Source of the DNA: Felis catus | Taxonomy: Eukaryota | DNA: 64,000 bases | NCBI RefSeq assembly: GCF_018350175.1 | Contig: NC_058368.1 | Coordinates: 92,134,001 to 92,198,000 of the forward strand | Direction: 5' to 3' | Shown here: positions 49,696-60,610 of the stretch, piece by piece | Numbering within the stretch: the stretch's first letter is position 1 | Layout: each line of letters starts with the position of its first letter | Program-made: the position numbers and the translations under genes | The notes under the pieces: model-generated | The model's database searches: none | What the model was told of the DNA's origin: nothing | What the model saw: only the letters and a program-made list of their open reading frames with translations

Positions 49696-50619
49696 GTGAC
49701 AATGATTTTTTTTTTTTCTTTTGCTTTCCTTTAATATCCTTATCTGGTGAAATTAACAGCTGCTTCTTCGTTTTGGAAAGCACTCTGTCCTGTGAAACCT
49801 TAAAGTCTGGATGCCACAGCGTTAGAGTTGACAAAATTCTTTGACTGCCAGCACCACAATTAAGGCACCAACCACACCTGTAAGATAGGTGAGTTTCCAT
49901 TTCGCAGACCAGGAAACCGGCTCAGGGAAGCTCAGTGACTTGGCAGAGTCACGCAGCAGTCGGTAAGAGGTTGAGAGGAGCCGCTAGCACTGCAGCAGCC
50001 CAAGCTTGGCCTAGAGCGCAAAGCCGGGCGCGATCTTCTCACAACACCCAACTGTCTTCAGCAGTTCAGCAGATGCGGCAACTGGGAGGGGAAGTACCAG
50101 CACCTGCCTGGTCTGGCGCTTAAGCGCAGGGCGGAGGGCTCCGCGGGCTTTGGGGCCGGCTCACCTTGTCCTCTGGGTCCTTCACCTCCACGAACATGCC
50201 GAGCCCGGGGGTGGCCGGCTGGTACTCCTCCCGCTGCTTGTCATACAGCTGCGTCCGGTAGTTTCCTGGAGGGAAGTGGGGCGACTCCAGGTCAGATGAG
50301 CGCGAGGTGGCGCGGAGTCGGCCCACGCCAGCACGCGGCGAGACCGGCTGCTCCCCTTTCTGGAAGAGGTGACTCTCCCGCACCCCCCGCCCCTAGACCA
50401 AGGTCTTGTTCCAAACTCTCCCCCTCCGCCCGCACCTATAACCATGGTCTCGTCCGGGATCTCCTCAATAAAGCACTTCTTTTCGGTCTCCCCGATGTGG
50501 AAGTAAAGCGCGCCTCCGCGGGCCACAAAACACAGAAGCAGCACGAGGGCCCGAATCACCCTTCCCAGTCCCCCTCCGGGCCGGGGCCCGACGACCCTCA
50601 CGCCCTGCTCCGCAGCCAT
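47544..50619 (-). CDS. TMED9: Transmembrane emp24 domain-containing protein 9 (p24alpha2/gp25L2), 235 aa; join(50436..50619,50165..50265,49265..49390,48759..48905,47544..47693)
   Basis: Five exons (184+101+126+147+150 = 708 nt), all GT-AG. Signal peptide, GOLD domain ([18 protein letters not shown]...[11 protein letters not shown]), coiled coil, TM segment and FFEAKKLV tail. Adjacent to B4GALT7, as I recall for other mammals. Confidence 0.97.
48759..48905 (-). CDS. TMED9: TMED9 coding exon 4
   Basis: Encodes [49 protein letters not shown]; ag/gt flanks. Confidence 0.95.
49265..49390 (-). CDS. TMED9: TMED9 coding exon 3
   Basis: Encodes [42 protein letters not shown]; ag/gt flanks. Confidence 0.95.
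50165..50265 (-). CDS. TMED9: TMED9 coding exon 2
   Basis: Encodes [34 protein letters not shown]; ag/gt flanks. Confidence 0.95.
50436..50619 (-). CDS. TMED9: TMED9 coding exon 1
   Basis: gcaagATGG start; donor ATAG|gtgcgg. Confidence 0.95.
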
Positions 50620-50991
50620 CTTGCTCCACCTGCCGGCGCAGTCGCAGCCCGCGGCGCCACGTAGCCCTGCCGCCGCCGCGGGGCCTGCCGGGACAGCGAG
50701 TTCGACTGGCTGGACTACAAATCCCTAGATACCCCGCGTCCGCGGCGAGGCAGTACCCGATTGGGGAGCAGCTTTTGCCTGCTTCCGAATTACGGCCCAA
50801 GAATTGAAACCTTTTTTTTGTTAATCGCCCTGGCGGCGGGGCGACTACTAGTGTTTATAAAATTTTTACAGATGCTCCAAGTAACGCAGTTTGGTTGCGG
50901 TCGCAGTGAATAACGAGCAGATACAGGATTGAAACCGAGGATCCCTGACTTTCCTCGGGATTGCATCCGACACTCTGGGCTTTCTTCTATT

Positions 50992-51214
50992 TAAAAAAAA
51001 TTTTTTTTTCAACGTTTATTTATTTTTGGGACAGAGAGAGACAGAGCTTGAACGGGGGAGGGGCAGAGAGAGAGAGGGAGACACAGAATCGGAAACAGGC
51101 TCCAGGCTCCGAGCCATCAGCCCAGAGCCTGACGCGGGGCTCGAACTCATGGACCGCGAGATCGTGACCTGGCTGAAGTCGGACGCTTAACCGACTGCGC
51201 CACCCAGGCGCCCC
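50992..51214 (-). mobile_element. Young felid CAN-SINE just upstream of the TMED9 promoter
   Basis: Near-identical to the copies at 26317 and 56670; CpG-rich. Confidence 0.92.
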
Positions 51215-51397
51215 GATTTTTAAAAACTGAACTTTAAAAAAATGACACAAACAGTGCACCAACTTATCTTGGAAAAAAAAATTAAAGTACAAAAACAACA
51301 ACAACAAAAAGCTGAGGTCTCATTTTACCACGTCTTTGCCACCTGAAACCCATCCATTGGTAAATCTGGTCTACCCTGGTCTGTATGGTCCCCGGTA

Positions 51398-51440
51398 TCC
51401 CCCCCCTCCCCCCCTCCCCCCCCCCCCCCCCCCCCCGCCC
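51398..51440 (+). repeat. Poly-C tract (~40 nt)
   Basis: Directly visible. Confidence 0.9.
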
Positions 51441-52357
51441 GCACTCTCATCAGTACCGGACATCATCCACGCGAGTGTTGCTGCCGGAGCACTGCCCTGA
51501 TGACTTCTCTCCGAAGGTGGTTCGGTGTCCCAGGGGCCCGCTAGTAAAGGAGTATTGGGGTCTTGGGCCAGGGTCGCCCCGTTTTGGAGGTCTCTGCGCG
51601 CAGTGTGAAATGAACAGAGGTCTGAGTCTGCCCTTCGTGTCCTTCCTGGATTTGATCCATAGTCTACTGTATTGTGGCAGCAGTTTATGACTGTGTGCAT
51701 CGTCAAGGTTTCATAGAAGTTGGAGGTTTTCTCTCTACTTCGGCTTCTCTTTGTTATTTCGTTTGGCCCTGTGGAGGGAAGTTTAATGGCAATCTGTTGA
51801 CATTTCTCCCTCACTGTAAGTCTTGATCTCCTTTTTCTTAACAGTAACAATATAATGTAATCTTTGCTCATACAGTACCTTATTTTTAAACCATTTCTCT
51901 GATGAAAGTGGTTAAGATTTCTTTTCCCCTACTATTTACTCTTACATTTATTGCTGCAATAAATACTCTTGTTCATTTTCTAAAAGAGCATTACTATAGG
52001 ACATAGTTTTTTGATGAAGTCACAAAATTCCCCTTTCAAACTTCATGCCAATTACAGTCTCACCAGCAGTGTGTCCTAATGCTTATTTTCCACACTCTGG
52101 TCTAATGTTCTCAACCTTTTTTTTTTTTTTAATGTTTATTTATTTTTGAGAGAGAGAGAGAGATCATGAACAGGAGAGGAGCAGAGAGAGAAAGGGAGAG
52201 AGAATCCCAAAGAGGCTCCACACTGTCAGCCTCCAACGCAGGGCTCCAACCCACCAATTTATTAGGTCATGACCCGAGCCCAAATCAAGAATCAGACGGT
52301 AAGCTGACTGAGCCAGCCAGGTTGTGCAGGTTGCCCCTGGTTGTGTTTTTCTTAATG

Positions 52358-52408
52358 CTATTATAACTACATGCTATTATAACTACATGCTATTAGCTAC
52401 ATGCTATT
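52358..52408 (+). repeat. Short tandem repeat, about 3 copies of ctattataactacatg
   Basis: Directly visible; third copy imperfect. Confidence 0.8.
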
Positions 52409-53889
52409 TTAACCATCACAAATGATTACAGAATTGGTAAACAATAACATTTTATACTAACAGTTTCTAGTATTTGTAAAATTAAACTTTTTATGTTGAG
52501 ATAACTATAGATTCACATGCAGTTGCAAGAAACAATGCAGAAAGATCCAGTGTACCAATTACCCAGTTTCCCCCATTGTAATATCTTGCCCAAGTATAAT
52601 GCAATATCACAAACAAGACATTGACATTGATAGTCAAGACACAGAACATTTCCATCACCATAGGGATCCCTCATGTTGTGTGTTAAAGCCACACTCACTT
52701 CCCTATTCTTTCATCCTTTCCTTTTTTTTTTTTTAAATGTTTATTTGTTTTTGAGAGAGGATGTGTGAGAGTGGGGCAGGGGCAGAGAGAGAGAGGGAGA
52801 CAGAGGATCTGAAGTAGGTTCCTCACTAACAGCAGAGGGCCCTATGTGGGGCTTGAAATCACAAGGCATGAGATCATGACCTGAACCAAAATCAGGAGTT
52901 GGACGCTCAACCAGCAGAGCCACCCAGGTGCGCTCCTTGTTTTTTTTAATTTTTTTAATTTTTAAAATTTTTAGTTTTGGGAGAGAGAGAGAGAGAGTGC
53001 GTGGAGGAGTAGAGACGGAGACAGAGGATCCGGAGCAAGCTTTGCATTGACAGCAGAGAGCCTGATGTGGGGCTCAAACTCAAGAACTGTGAGATCATGA
53101 CCTGAGCTGAAGTCAGCCACTTAACCAACTGAACCATCCAGGCACCTCTTTTTCACCATCTCCTTAACTTCAGACAACTGATCTGTGTTCTTCATTTCTA
53201 TAATTTTGTCATTTCAAGAATGTATAAATGGAATCATACAGTATATAACCTTTTACGATTGGCTTTTTTCACTTAGTTAATTCTCTGGAGATTTAAGCAG
53301 TTTATTGCTTGTATCAGTTATAGCAAAAAAAGTAACTACTACGTACGATGTGTATACATATAATTTGTTTGATATCAGTTACAGAAAAGGGTGAGAACAG
53401 AGCTAGCTGTTAAAAGGAGCAGAGAGTTTTTGGGTGTTACTGAAGGTAAACTGGTATAAATTCAAATTGGAATGTTTTAACTTTTAGAATATTAAATGTA
53501 ACCCCCATGGTAACCACAAAGAAAATAGCTGTAAAATATACACAGAAGAATGTGGGAAAGGAATTTACATGTTTAACTACTAATTTAGAGGAATTTAGGG
53601 ACCCCTGGGTGGCTCAGTCGGTTAAGCGGCCAACTTCAGCTCAGGCCATGATCTCGCTGTCGGTGGGTTCGAGCCCCGCACCGGGCTTTGTGCTGACAGT
53701 TCAGAGCCTGGAGCCTACTTCAGATTCTGTGTGTCTTTTTCTCCCTCTCTCTCTGCCCCTCCCCTGCTCATGCTCTCAAAAATAAATAAACATTTAAAAA
53801 ATAAAAGCTTTATAGTTTTATACTTTATATTTAAATCTATATTCTATTTTGAGTTCATTTTTTAATAAAGTGTGAGGTATAAGTCAAGT

Positions 53890-53931
<42 letters not shown>

Positions 53932-54195
53932 AAAGGATGGCAAATAACTAAGCATCACTTGTTGAAAAGGCTATCTTCAAGGGGTGCCTGGGTGGCTAAG
54001 TCCAACTTCGGCTCCGCTCATGATCTCATGGTTTGTGAATTCTAGCCCCTCATCAGGCTCTGCGCTGACAGCTCAGAGCCTGGAGCCTGCTTCAGATTCT
54101 GTGTCTCCCTCTCTCTCTGCCCCTACCCAACTCATGCTCTGTCTCTGCTCTCAAAAATAAATGACCATTAAAAAAAATAATAGAAAAGGCTATTT

Positions 54196-55215
54196 TCAAG
54201 AGAATGAGAAGCCAAGCCATAAATTGGGAGAAAATCTCTGTAAAGGATGTATATCAGAAATAATTGCTACCCAAAATATACAAAGAACAGACAAAAAACA
54301 ACAAAATATACAAAGAACCCTTAAAACTCCACAGTAAGAAATGAATAACCCAATGAAGAAATGAGCAAGAGATCTGAACAGACTGTTCAGCAAAGAAGAT
54401 CATACATGGCAAAAAAAAAGCATATGAAAACCTGGTTATGATCATATGTCATTAGGGAAATGCAAATTGAAACAATGAGATACCACCAGGGACCTATTAG
54501 AATGATAAAAATCCAAACACTGACAACCAACACCAAATGCTGGCAAGGTTATGGTGCAACAGGGACTCTTATTCATTGCTGGTGAGAATGCAAAATGTTA
54601 CAGCCACTTTGGATGATAGTTTGATAGTTTCTTATAAGACTAAACATACTCTTAGCATGTAATCCAGCAATAGGGCTCCTTGGTATTTACCCAAATAAAT
54701 TGAAAAGTTATGTCCACACAAAATCTTGCATAAAGATATTTGTAGCAGCTTTATTTATACTTGCCCAAACTTGAAAGCAACCAAGATGTCCTTCAGTAAG
54801 TGAGTGTACAAATAAACTGTGGTACATACAGATAATGGAATATTACTTAGTGCCAAAAAGAAATGGGCTATCAAGCCATGAAAAGACATGGAGAAACCTT
54901 ACATGCAGATTGCTAAGTGAAAGAAGCCAATCCAAAAAACGTTGTTACTGTGTGATTCCAACCATGCAACATTCTAGAAAAGGCAAAAGATCAGTGGTTG
55001 CCAGGAAGGGAGGAGGAGGGATGAATAGGCAGAATGCAGAGTATTCTTAGGGCAATGAAACTATTCTATATGACATTATAATGGTAGATACATGTCCAAA
55101 ACCATAGAATGTAAAACACCAAGATGGACTCCCAATGTAAACTAAGGACTTTGGGTGAAAATAATGTGTCAATGTAGGTTCATTGATTGTAACAAATGTA
55201 CTACTTTGGTGCAGG
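54196..55215 (+). mobile_element. Old L1 (L1MC-like) 3' region between TMED9 and its paralog
   Basis: Degenerate ORF2 end and 3' UTR motifs (MEYYLVPKRNGLSSHEKTW-like). Confidence 0.7.
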
Positions 55216-55256
55216 ATATATTCTAAAAGTTTTTATTTATTTATTTTGAGAGGGGG

Positions 55257-55311
<55 letters not shown>

Positions 55312-56669
55312 AGCAGGGGAGGGTCAGAGAGAGAGAGGGAGAGAGAATCCCGAGAAGGATCCACACTGTCAGCACAGAGCCCAATGCAGGGCTTCATCCC
55401 ACAAATTGTGGGATCGTGACCTGAGTCAAAATCAAGAGTTGGATGATTAACCAACTGAGCCACACCAGTGCCCCTATAGTTTTGATTTTTTGACTAAGGC
55501 ATACAATGTCTTGAAATCAGGTAGACTGATTTCTGCCACTTTATTCTTCTTCACGAATGTTTTACTTATGCTAGTTCCTTTGCCTCTCCATGTAAATTTT
55601 AGAATAATCTTGTCTATGTTAAAAAAAAACAACAACTCCTGGGGCGCCTGGGTGGCTCAGTCAGTTGAGTGTCCGACTTCAGCTCAGGTCATGATCTTGT
55701 GGTCTGTGGGTTCGAGCCCCACATCGGGCTCTGTGCTGACAGCACAGAGCCTGGAGCATGCTTCAGATTCTGTCTCCCTCTCTCTCTCTGTCCCTCCCCT
55801 GCTCATGCTCTTTCTCTCTGTCAAAAATAAATTGAAAAAATTAAAATAAAACAAAACTCCTGGTGGGACTTTGACATGAATTGTGTTAAACTTGGGTAAT
55901 AGTTTGGAAAGAATTGCCATATTTACTATGTTGAGTGTTCTGATCTATGAACACAGTATGTCTCTGCATTTATTTGGTCTTCTTTGACTTTTTCTTCATC
56001 AGAATTTTGTAATTTTCAGCAAACAGATTTTATGCGTATTTTGTTAAGATTTCACGTGAGTAATTCATTTTCTATGAACTGACTGTAAATCATATTGTTT
56101 TTAATTTTGGTTTCCTTATATTTATTGTTAGTATGTAGACATGTGATTGATTTGTACATGTTGCTCTTATGTTATACAAACTTGCTGAATTCATTTATTA
56201 GTTCTAGGAAATCTATGGATTTCTTAGACTTTTCTAAATATATAATCATGTCATCTACAAATAGGGACATTTTTATTTCTTCCTTTCCCATCCGCATGCC
56301 TTTTTTTTTCTTAGCCTTCTTACAGTTACTAGATCTTCTGATACAATGTTAAATAAGAGTGGTGAGAGGGATACCTGGGTGGCCCAGTCGGTTAAGAATC
56401 TGACTCTTGATTTCGGCTCAGGTCATGATCTCACAGTTCGTGGGATCAAGCCCCACATCAGGCTCTGAGCTGACAATATGGAGCCTACTTGGGATTCTCT
56501 CTGTCCCTCTCCCCTCTCTCAAAATACATAAAATAAAATTTTAAAAAGTTTTTTTATTATGAATTATATCAAATCTACCAGTGTTTGAGTGGAAATTAAG
56601 TCTTTATGTAGTTTTATATGCTGTAATATGTCTTCAAATAAATCTCTCCTATTAAAAAAAAAACCCATC

Positions 56670-56889
56670 GGGGCGCCTGGGTGGCGCAGTCGGTTAAACG
56701 TCCGACTTCAGCCAGGTCACGATCTCGCGGTCCGGGAGTTCGAGCCCCGCGTCGGGCTCTGGGCTGATGGCTCGGAGCCTGGAGCCTGTTTCCGATTCTG
56801 TGTCTCCCTCTCTCTCTGCCCCTCCCCCGTTCATGCTCTGTCTCTCTCTGTCCCAAAAATAAAATAAACGTTGAAAAAAAATTTTTTTC
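56670..56889 (+). mobile_element. Young felid CAN-SINE with TSD
   Basis: TSD aaaaaacccatc at 56658-56669 and 56890-56901. Confidence 0.92.
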
Positions 56890-58090
56890 AAAAAACCCAT
56901 CAAATTCTGAGGTCTTGGGTGAACCACAGATGGGGCAAGTAGATGTAGCACCGCAGTGTCTTCTTTTAATCTTGCAAATGGCACCCAGGTTCAGTGGTCT
57001 TGGCAGCAATTGTGGAACGAGCTTTTTGTCAAGTGGGAGGATCGAAGACTGGTGGGTTCACTGCTCTTATGTTCCTAGCCTCGTCATCGATCAGAAATAG
57101 GCTGTTCTATTTTTAACAAAACACTTTTACTCCTTGGGCAGTCATATTCCCCCTTCTTAATGTCTGGATTCTGGGCTTTGAAATCTCACTGGTGCACTAT
57201 CTCCTTACATGTATTTTGATGCAAGCATTTTCCACATTTTACTCTTTGGGGGATTTCTGTGAGTAGTCTGATCAATGGGCCACTTCCACGCAAGACTGGT
57301 TACTCATATAGTGGGGTGTGGGGGCTGCCACTGGTCCATCCATGTTTGTTACAGGTCTGCAATGATTTAAGTACAGAAATTGAGTTTTTAGAACCTTTTA
57401 TAGAAGTTTAACATTGATGTGATATCCAAGCACATGATTAGTTTCATTTTTAATTGTATTTTATAAGAGTATTGGCTTATGAGGGATTGCAAATTTTATT
57501 GGAAACAAAACAAAGCCAATACTTTACTCCAGGTGGTGGTAGTGCTGGTTCAGAGAACAATCAGGACCAAGGACAGCACCCCTGTCTCCCAAACCGGAGT
57601 CCTCGCTTTTCTGCCTTTGCTCCCAGCTGTAGCTACATTCCCTGGTAGACAACTAGTTCCCAAATCAACAGATGCTTTTCAGCTCTTGTTTATTTGGCCT
57701 TTATAAAGCGTGACTGTTATTATCTGAATCTGTCATTTTTGTTTAATAGTCATTCCAAATGAGGAAGTAAGAAACACTCTCCTAGGATTGTCAACGAGCC
57801 ACACCATTAAAATGAGGGGACAATTCCGGTAACTAAAATATATTATCAGTCTTAAAACACTGTATTGTAATTGCTCCTTTTCTTTCAGTGGGCTCTTAGA
57901 TGGCAGATGACAGGTCTAATTCATTTTCATGTCCAACACGTGTCATAACACCTGGACCAGAGTTCGTGTCAGCAAATGCCTGCCACTTATCAACTGGGTG
58001 ATCTTGGGCAAGTTTTTACTCAACTTTGCAGCTGTTTCCCTCTCTAGCTATTAAACTGGAATAGCATTAGAGTCTGCCTAACAATTTTTA

Positions 58091-58191
58091 TTTTTTTTAA
58101 TTTTTTTTTCAATGTTTATTTATTTTTGGGACAGAAAGAGCATGAACGGGGGAGGGGCAGAGAGAGAGGGAGACACACAATCTGAAACAGG
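58091..58191 (-). mobile_element. 5'-truncated young CAN-SINE (~100 bp)
   Basis: 17-nt TSD ctgcctaacaattttta at 58074-58090 and 58192-58208. Confidence 0.9.
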
Positions 58192-58247
58192 CTGCCTAAC
58201 AATTTTTAAAAGATTAGTTCACTTAGTGAACTTAAAAAGTGATTACA

Positions 58248-59260
58248 GGGACACCGGGGTGGCTTAGTCAGTTGAGCTTCCGACTTCGACTCAGGTCATG
58301 ATCTCACGGTTCGTGAAATTTGAACCCCACATCGGGCTCACTATTGTAAGCCTGTCAGTGCAGAGCCTGTTTCTGATCCTCTGTCCCCCTTTCGCTGCCC
58401 CTTCCCCCCTTGTGCTCTCTCAAAAATAAATAAAACATAAAAGGAATCAATTAAAAAAAAAGTGATTACAATAGTGCAGGGCATTAAATAACAAAAAAGA
58501 TGATCATCAGGGTGCCTGGCTAGCTCCAGTTGGGAAGGCATGTGACTTTTGATCTCAGGGTTGTGAGTCCTAGCCCCATGTTGGGTGTAGACATTACTTA
58601 AATAAATAAAATCTTATTTAAAGGGGCACCTAGATGGCTCAGTTGGTTAAGTGTCTGACTTAATTTCTGCTCAGGTCACGATCTCACAGTCATGAGATCA
58701 AGCCCCATGTTGGGCTCTATGCTGGGTGTGAAGCCTGCTTAAGATTCTCTGTCTCTCTTTCTCCCTCCCCTGCTCAAACGTGCTCTCTCTCTCTCTTTCT
58801 CAAAACAACTTATTTTTTTAAAAAATTTCTTTTGGGGTGCCTGGGTAGCTCAGTCGGTTGAGTGTCAGACTTTGGCTCAGGTCATGATCTCATGGTTCAT
58901 GGGTTCCAGCCCTGTGTCGGGCTCTGTACTGACAGCTCAGGGCCTGGAGCCAGCTTTGAATTCTGTGCCTCCCTTTCTCTCTCTGCTCCTCCCCTGCTCA
59001 CACTCTGTCTCTCTCTCAAAAATAAATAAAGATTTAAAAATTTTTAAAAATTTCTTTTAATGTCTATTTACTTTTGAGAGAGAGAGAGAGCGAGCAAGCT
59101 GAAGAGAGGCAGAAAGAGAGGGAGACAAAGAATCCGAAGCAGGCTCCAGACTCTGAGCTGACAGCACAAAGCATGATGCGGCGCTTGAACTCATGAACCA
59201 CGAGACCATGACCTGAGCCGAAGTCAAACACTTAACCTATTGGGACACCCAGGTGCCCCT
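58248..59260. mobile_element. Cluster of five CAN-SINEs, including an inverted tail-to-tail pair (~58834-59040 plus, ~59050-59260 minus)
   Basis: Repeated gggcacctgggtggctcag-type heads and (CT)n/poly-A tails. Confidence 0.85.
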
Positions 59261-59288
59261 CTCAAAAAAAAAAACTTATTAAAAAAAA

Positions 59289-59331
59289 TCATCATCATCA
59301 TCACCACCACCACCACCACCACCACCACCAC
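59289..59331 (+). repeat. (TCA)n(CCA)n trinucleotide microsatellite
   Basis: Directly visible. Confidence 0.9.
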
Positions 59332-60069
59332 ACGTTGCAGAATAAACTAATGAGCATCTCTTAGCACCACAGGCACTAGGTGGTGGAAGACTTCATCCCA
59401 CTACCTGGGTTGAACTACATCTTTCTACTGACATGTTTGGGTCTACACTATTCTCACAGGGCATTGTGGGCTTTGGAATTCTCTAGATTTGTTTTTTCTC
59501 CGCTCCCATTTTGTCATGTTGGCTCCACTCTCCCACCCCTTTTGGTTGTGTACTGCTATCCTTTGCCAGTGGCTTTCCTGCTATCTTCTCTCCCCTCCAG
59601 GCTCACCCACAACCTCTTCCTGGTTCCTAGTGCAGACGGAAGTACACTGGATGAAGGGCTCCCCTATTATATGGGCCTGGCACCTCCTGTGCCCTTAGAT
59701 TCGGCCCAATTACCTTCACCCTCAAAGTTCCTGTAACTTTTCTTCCCCTAGTTCCTTAACTGGCCTACTGGCTGCTAGGCAATCCTAGGCCCCCCTGCCT
59801 AAATTGTTCTTGTCTCTCGCTGCTCAGGGAGATCTTAATCATCCTTCAAGGCTTGAGTCAAATCTACCGCTTCCACGAAAGCCGCGACATTTCCCTCTCC
59901 CCTTCCTGAATTGCTGCTTCAGCCTCTAAACCCCACAGGGCTTCTCTTCTCATTCCATGTCACCATGTCACCCCCTCTCCCCTAATCAATCCTAAACTCT
60001 TCTAGGTAGAAGCCCAGGTCATAAACGTCCCGTTATCCCCATCCTTTTAGCACACATCTGGGGTGGCTG

Positions 60070-60610
60070 CGCCGCATGTTGCAGAGGGCAACCCCCCGCC
60101 CCTGAAGCTGTTACCCCAATCGGCAAGATGGGCTAACAGCAGCTACGCCTCCCCGGGTTTCTGCGTGGATTAAGAGATGCCCTGTGGCGGAAAGCGCTCC
60201 AGAGCGTTCCTCCAGGTTGTTGGGGGCGGGGGCGGGGGGGGGGTGTCTCGCTTGGCCCCTCAGCAGCATGGGTCGGCGGGAACGCGCCGGGGGCGGGGCC
60301 ACGCGAGGGCTCCCGGGAGTTGTAGTCCGTGCGCGAGTTTGCAGTCTCCGCAGGCTCCGCGCGGAGACCGGAGGACTCGCCTGGGAAGGTGGCGGGGGCC
60401 TGCGGGGCGCGAGGAGCTGGGCCCCGGGCTGGCCCCGGGCGGGGATGGGGCACAGCGCGGGCAACCGGTATGGCCCTGCCGCTGCTGCTGGGGCAGCTGC
60501 TGGCGCTGATGGGCCCCGGGGACGCGTTCTACCTCGAGGTCCGCGAGCTGGAGGAGAAGTGCTTCATCCAGGAGATCCCCGATGGTACCGTGGTCATAGG
60601 TGCGCGTCTC
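60070..60610 (+). promoter_or_regulatory. CpG-island promoter of the TMED9-like gene: CCAAT (60116-60120), G-rich tract and GC boxes (60222-60300), ZNF143/SBS-type motif (60315-60328)
   Basis: CpG-dense; GGGGCGGGGC boxes; GGGAGTTGTAGTCC is the reverse complement of GGACTACAACTCCC. Confidence 0.75.
60470..60599 (+). CDS. TMED9-like paralog coding exon 1 (could extend upstream to an in-frame GTG at 60389)
   Basis: ggtATGG start; encodes MALPLLL...[24 protein letters not shown]; donor ATAG|gtgcgc. Confidence 0.85.

Larger units (their letters stand above)
50100..50850 (-). promoter_or_regulatory. TMED9 CpG-island promoter with a ZNF143/SBS-type ACTACAAnTCCC motif (50712-50725) and a CCAAT box (50760-50764)
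   Basis: CpG-dense; GGACTACAAATCCC on the plus strand; CCAAT on the minus strand. Confidence 0.75.

Noticed and set aside
51371..51871. 166-aa minus-strand ORF between the two TMED genes
   Set aside because: No recognisable domain; the Gly run comes from a poly-C tract; no supporting splice or promoter structure seen.
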